Assembly: GCA_964291215.2 (NCBI GenBank)
Contig: OZ219791.1
Span: forward strand, 2,176,001 to 2,240,000
Reading direction: 5' to 3'
Source of the DNA: Alphaproteobacteria bacterium
GTDB lineage: Bacteria > Pseudomonadota > Alphaproteobacteria > MPNO01 > UBA830
Length of the DNA stretch: 64,000 bases
A program made the translations under genes and the position numbers. The notes below the pieces were generated by a model. That model saw only the letters and a list, made by a program, of their open reading frames with translations. It was not told the origin of the DNA and ran no database searches. Shown here piece after piece: positions 19,579 to 30,224 of the stretch; the first letter of the stretch is position 1, and the number at the start of each line of letters is the position of its first letter.

Positions 19579-21192
19579 ATGGACGAGACCTGTGACGCCA
19601 TCGTCCTCGGAGCAGGCCATAACGGTCTTATCCTGCAGGCCTACTTGGCGCGCGCCGGGCTCGATACCTTGGCGATCGAGCGTCGGAGCAAGTCTGGCGG
19701 CGGCCTCACGGTGCTGGAGGATCCGCTTCATCCGGGGCTGATCCACAACTCTCACGCCTTCTTCCTGCGCGCCATTACCGGCATGCCCTGGTACCGGGAT
19801 CTCGACCTGGAGGGCCATGGTGCCCGCATGATCGAGCCGGAGTTGAACGTCGCCATGTTGACCCGCGATGGTGGCGTGCTGGAATGGTGGACCGATATCG
19901 GCCGAACGGCCTCCTCCTTCGCACAGTTCAGCGAGCGCGACGCTCGAACTCTGCAGCGCTGGGTCGATGAGTTCGGCCCGGTCGTCGAGCGCATCCTGAT
20001 TCCGGAGGCGATGTCGCCGCCGATCCCACCTGACGGGCGACGCGCCTTGCTGAAGCGGAGTGCAGAGGGGCGCCGCCTGCTTGAGGTCAGTGCGCTGAGC
20101 CCGCTGGAGTTTGTTCGCCAGGAGTTCGAAAACCCGGTCATCCAGGCCGGCCTGCTGTTCTTCAACGGGCTGCGCGAGGTCGATCTGCGCGTTCGTGGCT
20201 TCGGACATCATATCGCCTTCCTGCTTGCCAACCCGTCCAAGGCGCAGATGTCGGCCGGCGGTAGCGCCGCCCTCGGCGGTGCCTTGGAAAACGTCGTGAC
20301 AAGCGCTGGCGGCAGGATCGTTACCGATGCAGCGGCTCGGCGAATCGTCGTGGAAAACGGACGGGCCATCGGCGTTGAGACCGCAGACGGAAGATGTTTT
20401 CGTGCTTGCCACCTGGTCGCTTCCTCGCTCAATCCGCAGCAGACCTTTCTCGATCTGATCGACGCCGATGTCCTGCCCGGGGCATGGCGACGAAAGGCGG
20501 AAGGGTTCCGCTACAATGTTCTGGCCCCGCTCTTCGCCCTGAACTTGGCGCTCGATGCGCCGCCGGCCTATACCGCTGCCGAGCGATACCCGGAAATGGC
20601 GCGGCCATTCATGACGATTCTCGGCCTTGACCATGTGCGCCAGTTCGACGAGATCGTGCGCCATCACGAGGCCGGTACGATCCCGCCGACGGTGATGTGG
20701 GGCGCCTGTCCGACCCAGTTCGACGAAAGCCAGTCTGCCGGCGGCAAGCACGCCGCCTTCATGTGGGAGAAGCTCCCGTACGCGCTGGGCGGCGACCCGG
20801 CGAACTGGGATGCAGAGAAAGCCGCTCACGGTGAGGCGATGCTGGACCTGTGGGCGGACTACGCGCCCGACCTGCGCGAGTCGGTAATCGGCAGCTTTAC
20901 GCGCAGCCCGCTCGACATCGTGCGTGAGTTTCCGAATATGGCTGCGGGCGACCTTCTGGTCGGGGCCTTCACCGGCGGGCAGATCGGGCACCATCGCCCA
21001 TTCGAGGGCGCAGGCGACTATCGCACCTGTATCGAGGGGCTTTATCTCTGCGGCTCTTCCTCGCATCCGGGAGGCAATATCACCGGGCTGCCGGGCTACA
21101 ACGCGGCGCAGACGATCTTCCACGATCTGGGTCTGGACGGCGGCTGGTTACCTGTTCCTGCCATGCAACGAATTCAGGAACTGGCAGAGTGA
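19579..21192 (+). CDS. Phytoene-desaturase-like FAD-dependent oxidoreductase
   Basis: LGAGHNGL FAD motif; C-terminal GLYLCGSSSHPGGNITGLPGYNAA. Confidence 0.85.
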   Translation: MDETCDAIVLGAGHNGLILQAYLARAGLDTLAIERRSKSGGGLTVLEDPLHPGLIHNSHAFFLRAITGMPWYRDLDLEGHGARMIEPELNVAMLTRDGGVLEWWTDIGRTASSFAQFSERDARTLQRWVDEFGPVVERILIPEAMSPPIPPDGRRALLKRSAEGRRLLEVSALSPLEFVRQEFENPVIQAGLLFFNGLREVDLRVRGFGHHIAFLLANPSKAQMSAGGSAALGGALENVVTSAGGRIVTDAAARRIVVENGRAIGVETADGRCFRACHLVASSLNPQQTFLDLIDADVLPGAWRRKAEGFRYNVLAPLFALNLALDAPPAYTAAERYPEMARPFMTILGLDHVRQFDEIVRHHEAGTIPPTVMWGACPTQFDESQSAGGKHAAFMWEKLPYALGGDPANWDAEKAAHGEAMLDLWADYAPDLRESVIGSFTRSPLDIVREFPNMAAGDLLVGAFTGGQIGHHRPFEGAGDYRTCIEGLYLCGSSSHPGGNITGLPGYNAAQTIFHDLGLDGGWLPVPAMQRIQELAE

Positions 21193-21193
21193 C

Positions 21194-22063
21194 CTAACCC
21201 AGTTCCGGGCCGGCGATCGCGTAGAGAAGGCTCGGATCGTCGAAGCCGGAATCGCGGTTGCGCATCATGCGGATGTACGGGCGCTGCTCCACGAAACCGC
21301 AGGTCCCCAGCCATTTCACGAATTCCGGCCGGGCGTCGGCGATGTCGATGTAGACCGGCCCCTGCAATGCGCCGAACGCGGCGGCGGCAAGCGAGCTGGC
21401 AGCATAGTTGTCGGTTGCCACCAGCGGACCGACCTGGACCGCCTCCCGCCCGTCGCGGGCCAGGGTATAGCCGGCGAGTCGGCCGCTGCGGAAGGCCGCG
21501 AAAGCGGCTTCCGGCTGCCGGCGGAGCAAGTGACGGAGCAATTCCAGCCGATCTCCGCCGAACAGTCCGCGGTCCATCTTGGAGACTGCTTCCAGGTCGG
21601 CAGCGGCCAGCGGGCGCACCGTCACCCTGTCCGGTGCCGGCACCGTCGGCGAAGACACCGATTCGGCGCGGTAGCGTCGAAGGCGGTAATGATCGCGGAA
21701 GCCGATCCGGCTGTACACCTTGCGGCCGTCGGGCGTCGCGTCCAACCCCGGCACTCGCCCCGCGTCTTCCTGGTGCTGCACAACCTCGGCCATGAGGCGG
21801 GTGGCGATGCCTTGCCGACGGTAGTCCGGCGCGACCAGTACCATGCATATCCAGGCGAACCGGTCATAGGGCAGCGCCATTGCTGTGGCGACAAGAGTGT
21901 TGTCCGGAACCGTCAGGCCGACACCCTCGCCGTGTGTCAGGATATAGCGCCAGTCGTCCACGGTCTGATTCCAGCCGATCAGGGCGGACAGCTGAAATCC
22001 GGCTTCGGCATGGACAGGCGAGAGGTCGAACTTCTGGAGCGGCTTCGTCGATTCCGATGTCAT
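21194..22063 (-). CDS. GNAT N-acetyltransferase (tandem GNAT, YitH-like)
   Basis: GWNQT, VLVAPDYRRQGIA, LDATPDG...YSRIGF, VGPLVA. Confidence 0.85.
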   Translation of the reverse strand: MTSESTKPLQKFDLSPVHAEAGFQLSALIGWNQTVDDWRYILTHGEGVGLTVPDNTLVATAMALPYDRFAWICMVLVAPDYRRQGIATRLMAEVVQHQEDAGRVPGLDATPDGRKVYSRIGFRDHYRLRRYRAESVSSPTVPAPDRVTVRPLAAADLEAVSKMDRGLFGGDRLELLRHLLRRQPEAAFAAFRSGRLAGYTLARDGREAVQVGPLVATDNYAASSLAAAAFGALQGPVYIDIADARPEFVKWLGTCGFVEQRPYIRMMRNRDSGFDDPSLLYAIAGPELG

Positions 22064-22064
22064 G

Positions 22065-23105
22065 CTAGAAAGCACCGTCGCGACTGGCATATTCGGTCGG
22101 TTTGTCATAGGCAGCGCCGTCGGCCAAAAGCCAGCCGGCAACCCAATCGACCATGGTGAGTAGCGGCACCGAAGGATTGCCGAACAGGCGCGTCGCCTCG
22201 CCGGTATCGACCAGCCAGCATTCGTCCGCTTCCGTCCCTTCGAATTCCGGCACCCGGCCGAAGCATTCGCCAAAAGTCAGGGCGAGGGCACGCACGCTGG
22301 CGGTTTCCGGGCCCGAAACGTTGAGCGGCGTTGTCGGCGTGGTGCAGCGGGCGAGGCAACGCAGGGCGTGGCTGTTGGCGTCGCCCTGCCAGATTACGTT
22401 GACGTTGCCGGTCGTCAGATCAACCGGCGTTCCTGCCAGTACGCGCCTGCCGATATCGTGCAGGACGCCGTAACGCATATCGATGGCGTAATTGAGGCGA
22501 ACAATGCGCCCCGGTGTGCCGTACTTTTCCGAGAAATGTTCGAACATTCGCTCGCGGCCAAGGCAACTCATCGCATATTCACCCATCGGTCCAGGCGGGT
22601 CGGTCTCGCGCGAGCCGCCTTGCGCAATGCGGGCGAATGGATAGACATTCCCGGTAGAGAAGACGACGATACGACTGTCACGGAAGGTCTCAGCGACGAT
22701 GGCCGGCATCGCGACGTTCATCGCCCAGGTCAGCGATAGTGCTCCGACCGTGCCGAACTTGCGCCCAGCCATGAACACGACGTTCGGGCACCGGGGCAGC
22801 GCCGCAACTGCTTCACGATCCATAAGATCGCAGGTTATCGCCTCGACATCGCACGCCCGCAGCTTTTCCTTGACCGTCGGATCGGAAAAGCGCGCGACGC
22901 CGATAACGCGCCGGTTTGGCGCAGCGCGCTTTGCGAGCCGCGCGAGCGTCAACCCCATTTTGCCGCCGACGCCGAGAATCAGGATATCGCCTGCGACCGA
23001 TTCGAGATCACGTACCAAAGCGTCCGAGGGTCGGGTCATGAATTCTTCGAGCGCCACTTCGTCGCTAAACCCTGTGGGCAGTTTGGCCGCGTCGTGCTCT
23101 GCCAT
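22065..23105 (-). CDS. NAD-dependent epimerase/dehydratase
   Basis: LGVGGKMG, FSTGNVY, EYAMSCLGRER, RLNYA. Confidence 0.85.
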   Translation of the reverse strand: MAEHDAAKLPTGFSDEVALEEFMTRPSDALVRDLESVAGDILILGVGGKMGLTLARLAKRAAPNRRVIGVARFSDPTVKEKLRACDVEAITCDLMDREAVAALPRCPNVVFMAGRKFGTVGALSLTWAMNVAMPAIVAETFRDSRIVVFSTGNVYPFARIAQGGSRETDPPGPMGEYAMSCLGRERMFEHFSEKYGTPGRIVRLNYAIDMRYGVLHDIGRRVLAGTPVDLTTGNVNVIWQGDANSHALRCLARCTTPTTPLNVSGPETASVRALALTFGECFGRVPEFEGTEADECWLVDTGEATRLFGNPSVPLLTMVDWVAGWLLADGAAYDKPTEYASRDGAF

Positions 23106-23720
23106 CGCTCAATCTCTGTCGTGCTATCAAGGCAGCCCGGGTTGCGCCGGTCGAACGCGGCCGGCGGCTGACCTGTATCGTCCGATGTCCCGAATCCTGC
23201 CATTCTGAAGGGATTTTGGGAATAGAAACGGGAGATGCAATGGTCGATAACGGCTCATGCATCCGGAGCACCGTAGCAGGCACCTGTCCGGCGCCCGACT
23301 GCCTGGTCCACTGCATGCCGGTCGGCATGCCCGGTTTGCGGGTTCGGATCAGTGTCTTCTCAATCTCACGGTCGGGTTGGTAGTTCGTGCCCGCGCGGAA
23401 ATGACCGTTTTGGCTGACCCTCCGGCGAAATTTCGGGTTTGATCCATTCCCGGGGCCTTCGGGTGCTCCGTTTCCAAAGGGATTCCTGCCGATTAGCAGC
23501 GGTACAGGCCTCTTCCAACCGAGAATCCGGCGCAACCTGTCCAATTCCAGCTGCGGGCGGATAACGTTTCGCGTGGCAATTCTCGCGAAGTTTTCCGAAA
23601 ATCCGGCGGATTCCCGGTCGATCGGTCAATTTCCGCCCCAAAGCGGGATTCTTCGTCCCCTCTATATTACGATTTCGCCAATAGAATCGTGCGGTCGTGC
23701 ATTTTTGGGCAGGCACTAGT

Positions 23721-24877
23721 TAGTCCACCGGCATTGTATTGATGGTTTTTTGTGGGTAGTATTTTCGTGTCGGCGTTCGTTGGAATCTGGACAGTGCCGA
23801 TATCCACACGGGCAGATGCCGAACAGGCAGGCAGCCCCATGCGCAGGTCAGGACAACGGGCATGCCCGCAGGTCTTCGGCGCAATGACAGGAGCGGCGCA
23901 TATGGCCAACTCTCGGGGCAGGAAGCTCTACCGCGTGACCCTTTCGGCGCAGGAGCGCCGGGATCTGAAGGCGATCGGGCACCGGGGGCGCCGGGCACAG
24001 GTCCTGATGCTGAGGGGCGCTTGTCGATGCCGACATTGCGCTGGGCACGGCGACGGTCGAGCGCTTGCGCAAGCGCTGCGGGGGCTGGAGGCCGCCCTCA
24101 GCCGCAAGGAGCAGGTGAACCGCCGGCCGAAACGGGGCGATGGAGGCGAAGCTGGTCGCCCTGCTCGTCCCCGCCCGAGGGCTGTGGACGCTGCTCGCCG
24201 GCCGTCTGGTGGAGATCGTCGAGCGCATTTCGGAAGAGACGGTCAGGAAGACGCTAAAAAAAGAGATCAAGCCGTGGCTGAACTGGTGCATTCCACCGCA
24301 CCGGAGCGCACAGTTCGTGGCGGCGGATGTGCTTGACATTTATCAGCGGGACTTTGCCAGGGACGAGGTGCTGAGACCAGCCGGCAGCAGACGAAGGAAA
24401 CCCCCCGGTTAGCCGGAGGTGGTCGACTATGAATATGAGCGCAACGGCACGGCCAACCTCTTCCTGGCCTTTGCGCCCAACGAGAACTGGCGCACGGTGA
24501 AAGTCACCGACCGCCGCGGGACCGGGCACACTTCATCCGGGAGCTTGCCGACGACCATTTCCCCGACAGGAAGATCGTGCTGGACAATCTGAACACGCAC
24601 AGTCGCTGTATGAAGCCTTCGAGCCCGAGGAGGCGGGTGCGAAAGCGGTTCGAGTTTCGCTATACGCCGAAGCTGGCTCAACATGGCCGAGATCGGTGCG
24701 CTGTCGCGGCAGTGCCTTCGGCGACGCATTCCCGACCGCGACACCATGCTGCGGGAAACGGCGGCGTGGGTGGAACGGCGCAATGCGGCCGATGTCACCG
24801 TCGACTGGCGTTTCACGACGAAGGATGCCCGGACGAAACTGAAGTCACTATATCCGTCAATTCAATAATGTTAGACT
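23721..24877 (+). mobile_element. IS630-family transposase pseudogene
   Basis: Fragments ISEETVRKTLKK..KPW..WCIP, DYEYERNGTANLF, VLDNLNTH, MAEI..LSRQCLRRRI, WRFTTKDARTKLKSLYP; CTAGT on both flanks. Confidence 0.85.
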
Positions 24878-25076
24878 ACTAGTTCAGCTCCGGAGATTGC
24901 GCAGCCATTCGAAGGGAGTCTCTCGACGTTTGGCGTGGACGCCTCGTGTTTGTCACTTTCTCCATGGCTGACCGGCTCGTCCGGGTCGTTGGCCAGGTCG
25001 AAGGTCGCGGCTGGCCTTGAACTGTCCGGCCTCGAATCCTTGAGGGAAGCGGATATCTGCAACTGCGAGTGGAAGG

Positions 25077-25802
25077 TCAGGCGCCGGTCGGCCGGGCGTC
25101 GCGCTGCAGCTTCCCTTCCAGGCATTCGTTCCAGAAGTTGTCCCAGTGATCGAGATAGCTGTCGATGCACCAGAGCATCTGGTCCTGCAATTCGCGGGTA
25201 GTGCAGGCATCGAGCACGGTAGCAAGTGCCGTTTCCGAATGCTCTTCGTCGCCCTCGATATGGACGATCCAGCTTTCCTGATCCTTGTCCTCGACGCCGT
25301 AGTGGTCGCGCAGCCCCTCGGAGATCATCCGGCACATTTCGGGAGCATGACTCTCGGATGCCACACCGGAATTGCCGAGCGCGACCGTGACCGGCATTTC
25401 GCGTGCGACCTTGAAGCGGTAGGCGGTCATGTCCTGGATCGCCTGCGGTACCGGGTGGGCCTCGACCTCGTCCTCCGAAAGCCCGGTGAAGTGCGAGGCG
25501 AACTCCATGGCGAGCATGTCGTGCCCGGCCGATCCGCAACGAAGCTCGGTATCCTCGTCGATGAGGGTGTCCATGATGCGGCGGCGGATGTCGCGGTCGT
25601 CACAGCGCGAATGGATCGTGGACACGACCTGAGGAGTCCATTTCGTAAAATGGTAGAAAAGTACGGCCAGATAGCCGACCTGTTCGCGCGACGCCGTACC
25701 ATTGGCAATCATCTTGACCATGTCATGGTCCGAATGCCGTTTCCCCACGAAACGGGTTTCCATTTCGGCGAGGAACTCCTCGCGACTCCGCGCCTTGGCC
25801 AT
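25077..25802 (-). CDS. Heme-oxygenase-like diiron oxidase (TenA/PqqC/CADD family)
   Basis: Candidate metal ligands in DEDTELRCGSAGH, ASE and HIEGDEEH. Confidence 0.7.
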   Translation of the reverse strand: MAKARSREEFLAEMETRFVGKRHSDHDMVKMIANGTASREQVGYLAVLFYHFTKWTPQVVSTIHSRCDDRDIRRRIMDTLIDEDTELRCGSAGHDMLAMEFASHFTGLSEDEVEAHPVPQAIQDMTAYRFKVAREMPVTVALGNSGVASESHAPEMCRMISEGLRDHYGVEDKDQESWIVHIEGDEEHSETALATVLDACTTRELQDQMLWCIDSYLDHWDNFWNECLEGKLQRDARPTGA

Positions 25803-25929
25803 TTTCCGGATTCCTTGTTCCACTTTGTGCTGGCAGTCCCGGAAGCTATTATCTGACATTCGCTGGCCATGCGGCAAGCCCTGTATAGTGGTGAGCCTTG
25901 GCGGATCCGGCAGGAGGGGAGACAAGCAG

Positions 25930-26904
25930 ATGACGGATACGGCCAAGGTGGATGCCCTGCGCAATGCCGGCAACCTTGAAGCGCTCTATGCAGCCCTTGA
26001 TCCGCTGGACATGACGCCGGGCTGGGTCGACCGGGAGAAACCGATCCTCTCGGTGGAACCGGATACCGAGTTCAAACCAATGCACTGGAAATATGGCGAA
26101 TGCCGCGCCGCCCTGGATGCGGCCGGCCGCCTGATTAATACGGAACTCGCGGAACGGCGAAACCTGATCCTGCGCAATCCCGTCAAGGGCAATGACATCG
26201 CGACAACGCGGACCCTGGTCAACGCCTACCAGATGATCCTGCCTGGCGAGGAGGCGCGGACTCACCGCCACGCGCCGCACGCACTGCGGGTGATCATCGA
26301 CAGCGAAGGTTCGTACTCGGTCGTCAATGGCGAGAAGCATCCGATGGAGACCGGGGACATTGTGCTGACGCCGGGCTGGTGCTGGCATGGCCACGGTCAT
26401 GACGGCGATAAGCCGGCCTACTGGCTCGACGGCCTCGATGTGCCGCTGACGCATCTTCTCGAGCCGATGTTCTTCGAGGAACATCCGGGCGGTTTTGCGC
26501 CGATCGAACGGGTCACGCCCGATTCCCCGTACCGCTTCACCTGGGACATGATTCGGGATTGGCTTGATGCCGCCGAGCCGGATCCCGAGGGCTTCTTCGG
26601 CCGGCGCATACGGCTGGAAGCCGACGAGATGCCGACGATAGGCATTTATGTCGAACGTCTCGAAGCCGGCCAGAACACGCGCCGTTTTCGCCATGCCGCA
26701 AATTGCGTCTACAGCCCGATGATGGGTTCTGGAATCTCGGAAGTGGGCGGAGTGACGATCCGCTGGTCACGAGGCGATGTCTTCGCCGCGCCAATCTGGA
26801 ACTGGATCGAGCACCGTGTCGATGAGGACACGGTCATGTTCGTCATGACCGACGAGTTCCTGATGCGGTTTGGCAAGTATTACAGGTTTGAAGGGCACGC
26901 ATAA
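25930..26904 (+). CDS. Gentisate 1,2-dioxygenase-like bicupin
   Basis: AERRNLIL.NP, YQMILPGE, HRH, TPGWCWHGH, WLDGLDVP. Confidence 0.85.
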   Translation: MTDTAKVDALRNAGNLEALYAALDPLDMTPGWVDREKPILSVEPDTEFKPMHWKYGECRAALDAAGRLINTELAERRNLILRNPVKGNDIATTRTLVNAYQMILPGEEARTHRHAPHALRVIIDSEGSYSVVNGEKHPMETGDIVLTPGWCWHGHGHDGDKPAYWLDGLDVPLTHLLEPMFFEEHPGGFAPIERVTPDSPYRFTWDMIRDWLDAAEPDPEGFFGRRIRLEADEMPTIGIYVERLEAGQNTRRFRHAANCVYSPMMGSGISEVGGVTIRWSRGDVFAAPIWNWIEHRVDEDTVMFVMTDEFLMRFGKYYRFEGHA

Positions 26905-26975
26905 ACAGCCGCTTTGCCGGTACCGGTGTCCACGGCGGGTGCCGGCCGGGCGCTCCGGGCGGCGGGGACATCGGC

Positions 26976-28277
26976 TCAGCCGCGGCTGTCGACGAATCTC
27001 TGCTGTTTGATCTGGCTTTGGAAGTGTCTTTCGAGGGTCCCGGGCTCGACCACTTCGACCTCGGGCGTGAGTTCGAAGGTCCGACGGACTTCTCCGACAA
27101 GGGAAGCGACTGTCTCCCCGGCCGCTGCACCGGTGCGGAGTTCCACGGCCACCTGCATCGCGTCGAGGCCTTCCGTTTCGACAATCTCGACCTTGAAGTC
27201 CGATATCTCCATGCGGCGGTGCATGAAGTCCTCGAAGTCTGCATGGTTGATGTTGACTCCCCGGACCTTGAAGAAGCCCGCGGTGCGCGCGCCGTGACGG
27301 ACCACCGGATAGATCGACAGCGGTCCCTCGGTCGCGCCCTGCCCGACCATGGTGACGTAATCCCCGGTTTCCCATCGCAGGAACGGAGTCATTTCGTTGT
27401 TCCAGTAGGGTGTCATCACGAGCAGGCCCGATTCGCCATCGGCGACGGGCGCTCCTGAATTCTCGTCGACGACCTCAATGTCGAACATGTCCGTCCACAT
27501 GTGGAGGCCGTCGTGACAGCCCGATTCGCTCGCCATAAACGAGCCCTCGGTGCAGCCGAACTGGTCGTACATCTCGGCGCCCCACAGCGCCTCGATGCGT
27601 TCGCGCTTGGCCGGAGAAACGGGCTCCGCGGCGGTGAGAAACAGCTTCACCGAGCTTGACGCAAGGTCGAAACCCATTCGCTCGGCGACCTGGGCGAGTT
27701 GAAGCCCGTAACTCGCCATCCCGCACCACACTGTTGGCCTGAGGGTCTCGATGAGCCGGATCTGCAGCTCGGACGGGGTCGAGTTGCCGGCGCCGCACCA
27801 GTTCACGCCGATACCCATCTGCTGCGCCGTGCGGCAGTAGAGCTGCCCGACCGGATGAATGCCGAGGGGAAAGGAGACATGGGCAATATCGGCGGTCGTC
27901 ACTCCGGCGCAATCCCAGGCGCGCCGGAAACCCTCGCGGGCGAGACGGAGGTCGTTGCGGTTGCGCGGATAGAACAGCGGTTGCCCGGTCGACCCGCCGG
28001 AACGCCAGAACTCGAGAACGTCTTCGCGCGCGCCGATGCAGAACTCCTCATGAAACCGCGCTGCCGGGATGGTCCGCAACTGATCCTTGGTCATGATCGG
28101 AATCCGCGACCATTCCTCCGGCTCGTGGATGTGCCGAAGGTCGACATGGTCGAGCTTTCCGCGGAAGAAGGCCGACTGCCGGGCGCGTTCAACCGCGAGC
28201 CGCCTGCGTTCCCGCCTGATGCATACGACATGGTCCGGCGAGGGCGCGGGGAACGGTAGTTCCGGCGTCTCCCACAT
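26976..28277 (-). CDS. Phenylacetate-CoA ligase family protein
   Basis: RSGGSTGQP, YDQFGCTE, PFLRWETGD, FKVRGVNI. Confidence 0.82.
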   Translation of the reverse strand: MWETPELPFPAPSPDHVVCIRRERRRLAVERARQSAFFRGKLDHVDLRHIHEPEEWSRIPIMTKDQLRTIPAARFHEEFCIGAREDVLEFWRSGGSTGQPLFYPRNRNDLRLAREGFRRAWDCAGVTTADIAHVSFPLGIHPVGQLYCRTAQQMGIGVNWCGAGNSTPSELQIRLIETLRPTVWCGMASYGLQLAQVAERMGFDLASSSVKLFLTAAEPVSPAKRERIEALWGAEMYDQFGCTEGSFMASESGCHDGLHMWTDMFDIEVVDENSGAPVADGESGLLVMTPYWNNEMTPFLRWETGDYVTMVGQGATEGPLSIYPVVRHGARTAGFFKVRGVNINHADFEDFMHRRMEISDFKVEIVETEGLDAMQVAVELRTGAAAGETVASLVGEVRRTFELTPEVEVVEPGTLERHFQSQIKQQRFVDSRG

Positions 28278-28298
28278 TGCCTGCTCTCCCCCTCGCCG

Positions 28299-29939
28299 TC
28301 AGGCGTCGTTGCGATCTCCAAGCTCCTTCGCGCGCTCGCGGAGGATGAATTTCTGGATCTTGCCGGTTGATGTCTTCGGTAGCGGACCGAATATCACGGT
28401 GCGTGGCACCTTGAAGCGCGCCATGCTGTCGCGGCAGAATTCGATGATTTCCGCTTCATCGGCGTCGGCGCCGTCTTTCAGCGTTACGAACGCGCACGGA
28501 CTTTCGCCCCACTTGCTGTCCGGCCGGGCGGCCACCGCGGCCTCGAGCACCTTCGGATGACGGTAGAGAATGCCCTCGACCTCGATCGAAGAGATGTTCT
28601 CGCCGCCAGAGATGATGATGTCCTTCGAGCGGTCCTTGATCTCGACATAGCCGTCCCCGTGCCAGACACCGAGATCACCCGAATGGAGCCAGCCGTCGGC
28701 AAAGGCTTCGTCCGTGGCAGCAGGATTCTTGAGATAGCCCTTCATGACGACGTTGCCGCGAAAGAAGATCTCGCCCATGGTCTCCCCGTCCTTCGGAACC
28801 GGTTCGAGTGTTTCGGGGTCCGCGACCATGAGTGATTCGAGCACGTTGTAGCGGACGCCCTGCCGGGCCTTGAGCGCCGCCCTGTCGGCGATCGGCTTGC
28901 CGTCCCATTCGGGATGCCACGCGCTGACCACCGATGGTCCGTAGGTTTCCGTCAGACCGTAGACGTGGGTGACGGAGAAACCCTGGCTTTCCATGGCCTC
29001 TATGACTGCCGCCGGTGGCGCTGCGCCGGCCGTCATTGCCTGAACCGTGTGGCTGAGGGGGCGGCGTACCTGCTCCGGCGCGTTCGCGATCATGTTGAGC
29101 ACGATGGGGGCGCCGCAGAAATGCGTGATGCCGTGCTTCTCGATGGCTTCGAATATCGGCGCGGCCTCAACCCGCCTGAGGCAGACGTTGGTTCCGGCCA
29201 GGGCGGCGACGGTCCAGGGAAAGCACCAGCCGTTGCAGTGGAACAGCGGCAGCGTCCAGAGATAAATCGGGTGCGGAGGCATCGCCCATACCATCATGTT
29301 GCCGATGGAGTTGAGAAAGGCGCCGCGGTGGTGATAGACGACGCCCTTCGGATTGCCGGTGGTGCCCGACGTGTAGTTGAGCGAGCAGGAATTCCATTCG
29401 TCGGACGGCCAGTCCCAGGCGAAATCAGGGTCGCCCCCGGCAATGAACTCCTCGTATTCCGCCTGTCCGAGAAGCTCGCCGCCGTCAGAGACCGGGTCGT
29501 CGACATCGATCACGAACGGCTTGTTCTCGATCTGGGCCAGTGCCCCCGCGATCGTTTCCGAGAATTCGCGGTCGATCAGCAGGATCTTTGCTTCGCCATG
29601 CTCGAGAATGAAGGCGACGGCGTCGGCATCCAGCCGCACGTTGATGGCGTTCAGCACGCCCCCCATCATCATCACGCCGAAATGCGCCTCAATCATCGCC
29701 GGTACGTTGGGAAGCATCGCGGCAACTGTTTCGCCCTTTTTGAGGCCATGCCGGGTGAGCGCGCTCGCCAGCCGCTGGCAGCGTACATAGGTCTCCGACC
29801 AACTGCGCCTGATTTCGCCGTGGATGACCGCTGTACGGTCGGGAAAGACCGATGCTGCGCGTTCGATGAAGCTTAGCGGCGTCAGGGCCCGGAAATTCGC
29901 GGCATTTTTGTCGAGATCGGTCTCGAATGGATTGATCAT
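28299..29939 (-). CDS. Acyl-CoA synthetase (AMP-binding, DmdB/FadD-like)
   Basis: YTSGTTGNPKG, PLFHCNGW, YGLTETYGP, DRSKDIIISGGENISS, PKTSTGKIQK. Confidence 0.92.
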   Translation of the reverse strand: MINPFETDLDKNAANFRALTPLSFIERAASVFPDRTAVIHGEIRRSWSETYVRCQRLASALTRHGLKKGETVAAMLPNVPAMIEAHFGVMMMGGVLNAINVRLDADAVAFILEHGEAKILLIDREFSETIAGALAQIENKPFVIDVDDPVSDGGELLGQAEYEEFIAGGDPDFAWDWPSDEWNSCSLNYTSGTTGNPKGVVYHHRGAFLNSIGNMMVWAMPPHPIYLWTLPLFHCNGWCFPWTVAALAGTNVCLRRVEAAPIFEAIEKHGITHFCGAPIVLNMIANAPEQVRRPLSHTVQAMTAGAAPPAAVIEAMESQGFSVTHVYGLTETYGPSVVSAWHPEWDGKPIADRAALKARQGVRYNVLESLMVADPETLEPVPKDGETMGEIFFRGNVVMKGYLKNPAATDEAFADGWLHSGDLGVWHGDGYVEIKDRSKDIIISGGENISSIEVEGILYRHPKVLEAAVAARPDSKWGESPCAFVTLKDGADADEAEIIEFCRDSMARFKVPRTVIFGPLPKTSTGKIQKFILRERAKELGDRNDA

Positions 29940-30049
29940 GATGGTCCTCCGGTTGAGACAGCCCGGTGGGGTTGGCTGGAGACCAACCGATCATTGCAGA
30001 ATACGATCGCAAAATCGATCGTGTTGCACACCCGCCACACTGGAGAAAA

Positions 30050-30123
30050 TGGAGGCCCGGGCCGGACTCGAACCGGCGTAAACGGATTTGCAGTCCGCTG
30101 GATAGCCTCTCTCCCACCGGGCC
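30050..30123 (-). tRNA. tRNA-Cys (GCA)
   Basis: Reverse complement GGCCCGGTGGGAGAGAGGCTATCCAGCGGACTGCAAATCCGTTTACGCCGGTTCGAGTCCGGCCCGGGCCTCCA. Confidence 0.95.
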
Positions 30124-30224
30124 GGGAGGCAGGGAAAGTTCCGTATAGCAGGCTTGTATATTGTGTCCCCGGTTTGTGGTCAAACACAGACAGTTGGCGC
30201 ATTGCGCGGCACCGGTCGGCATGC

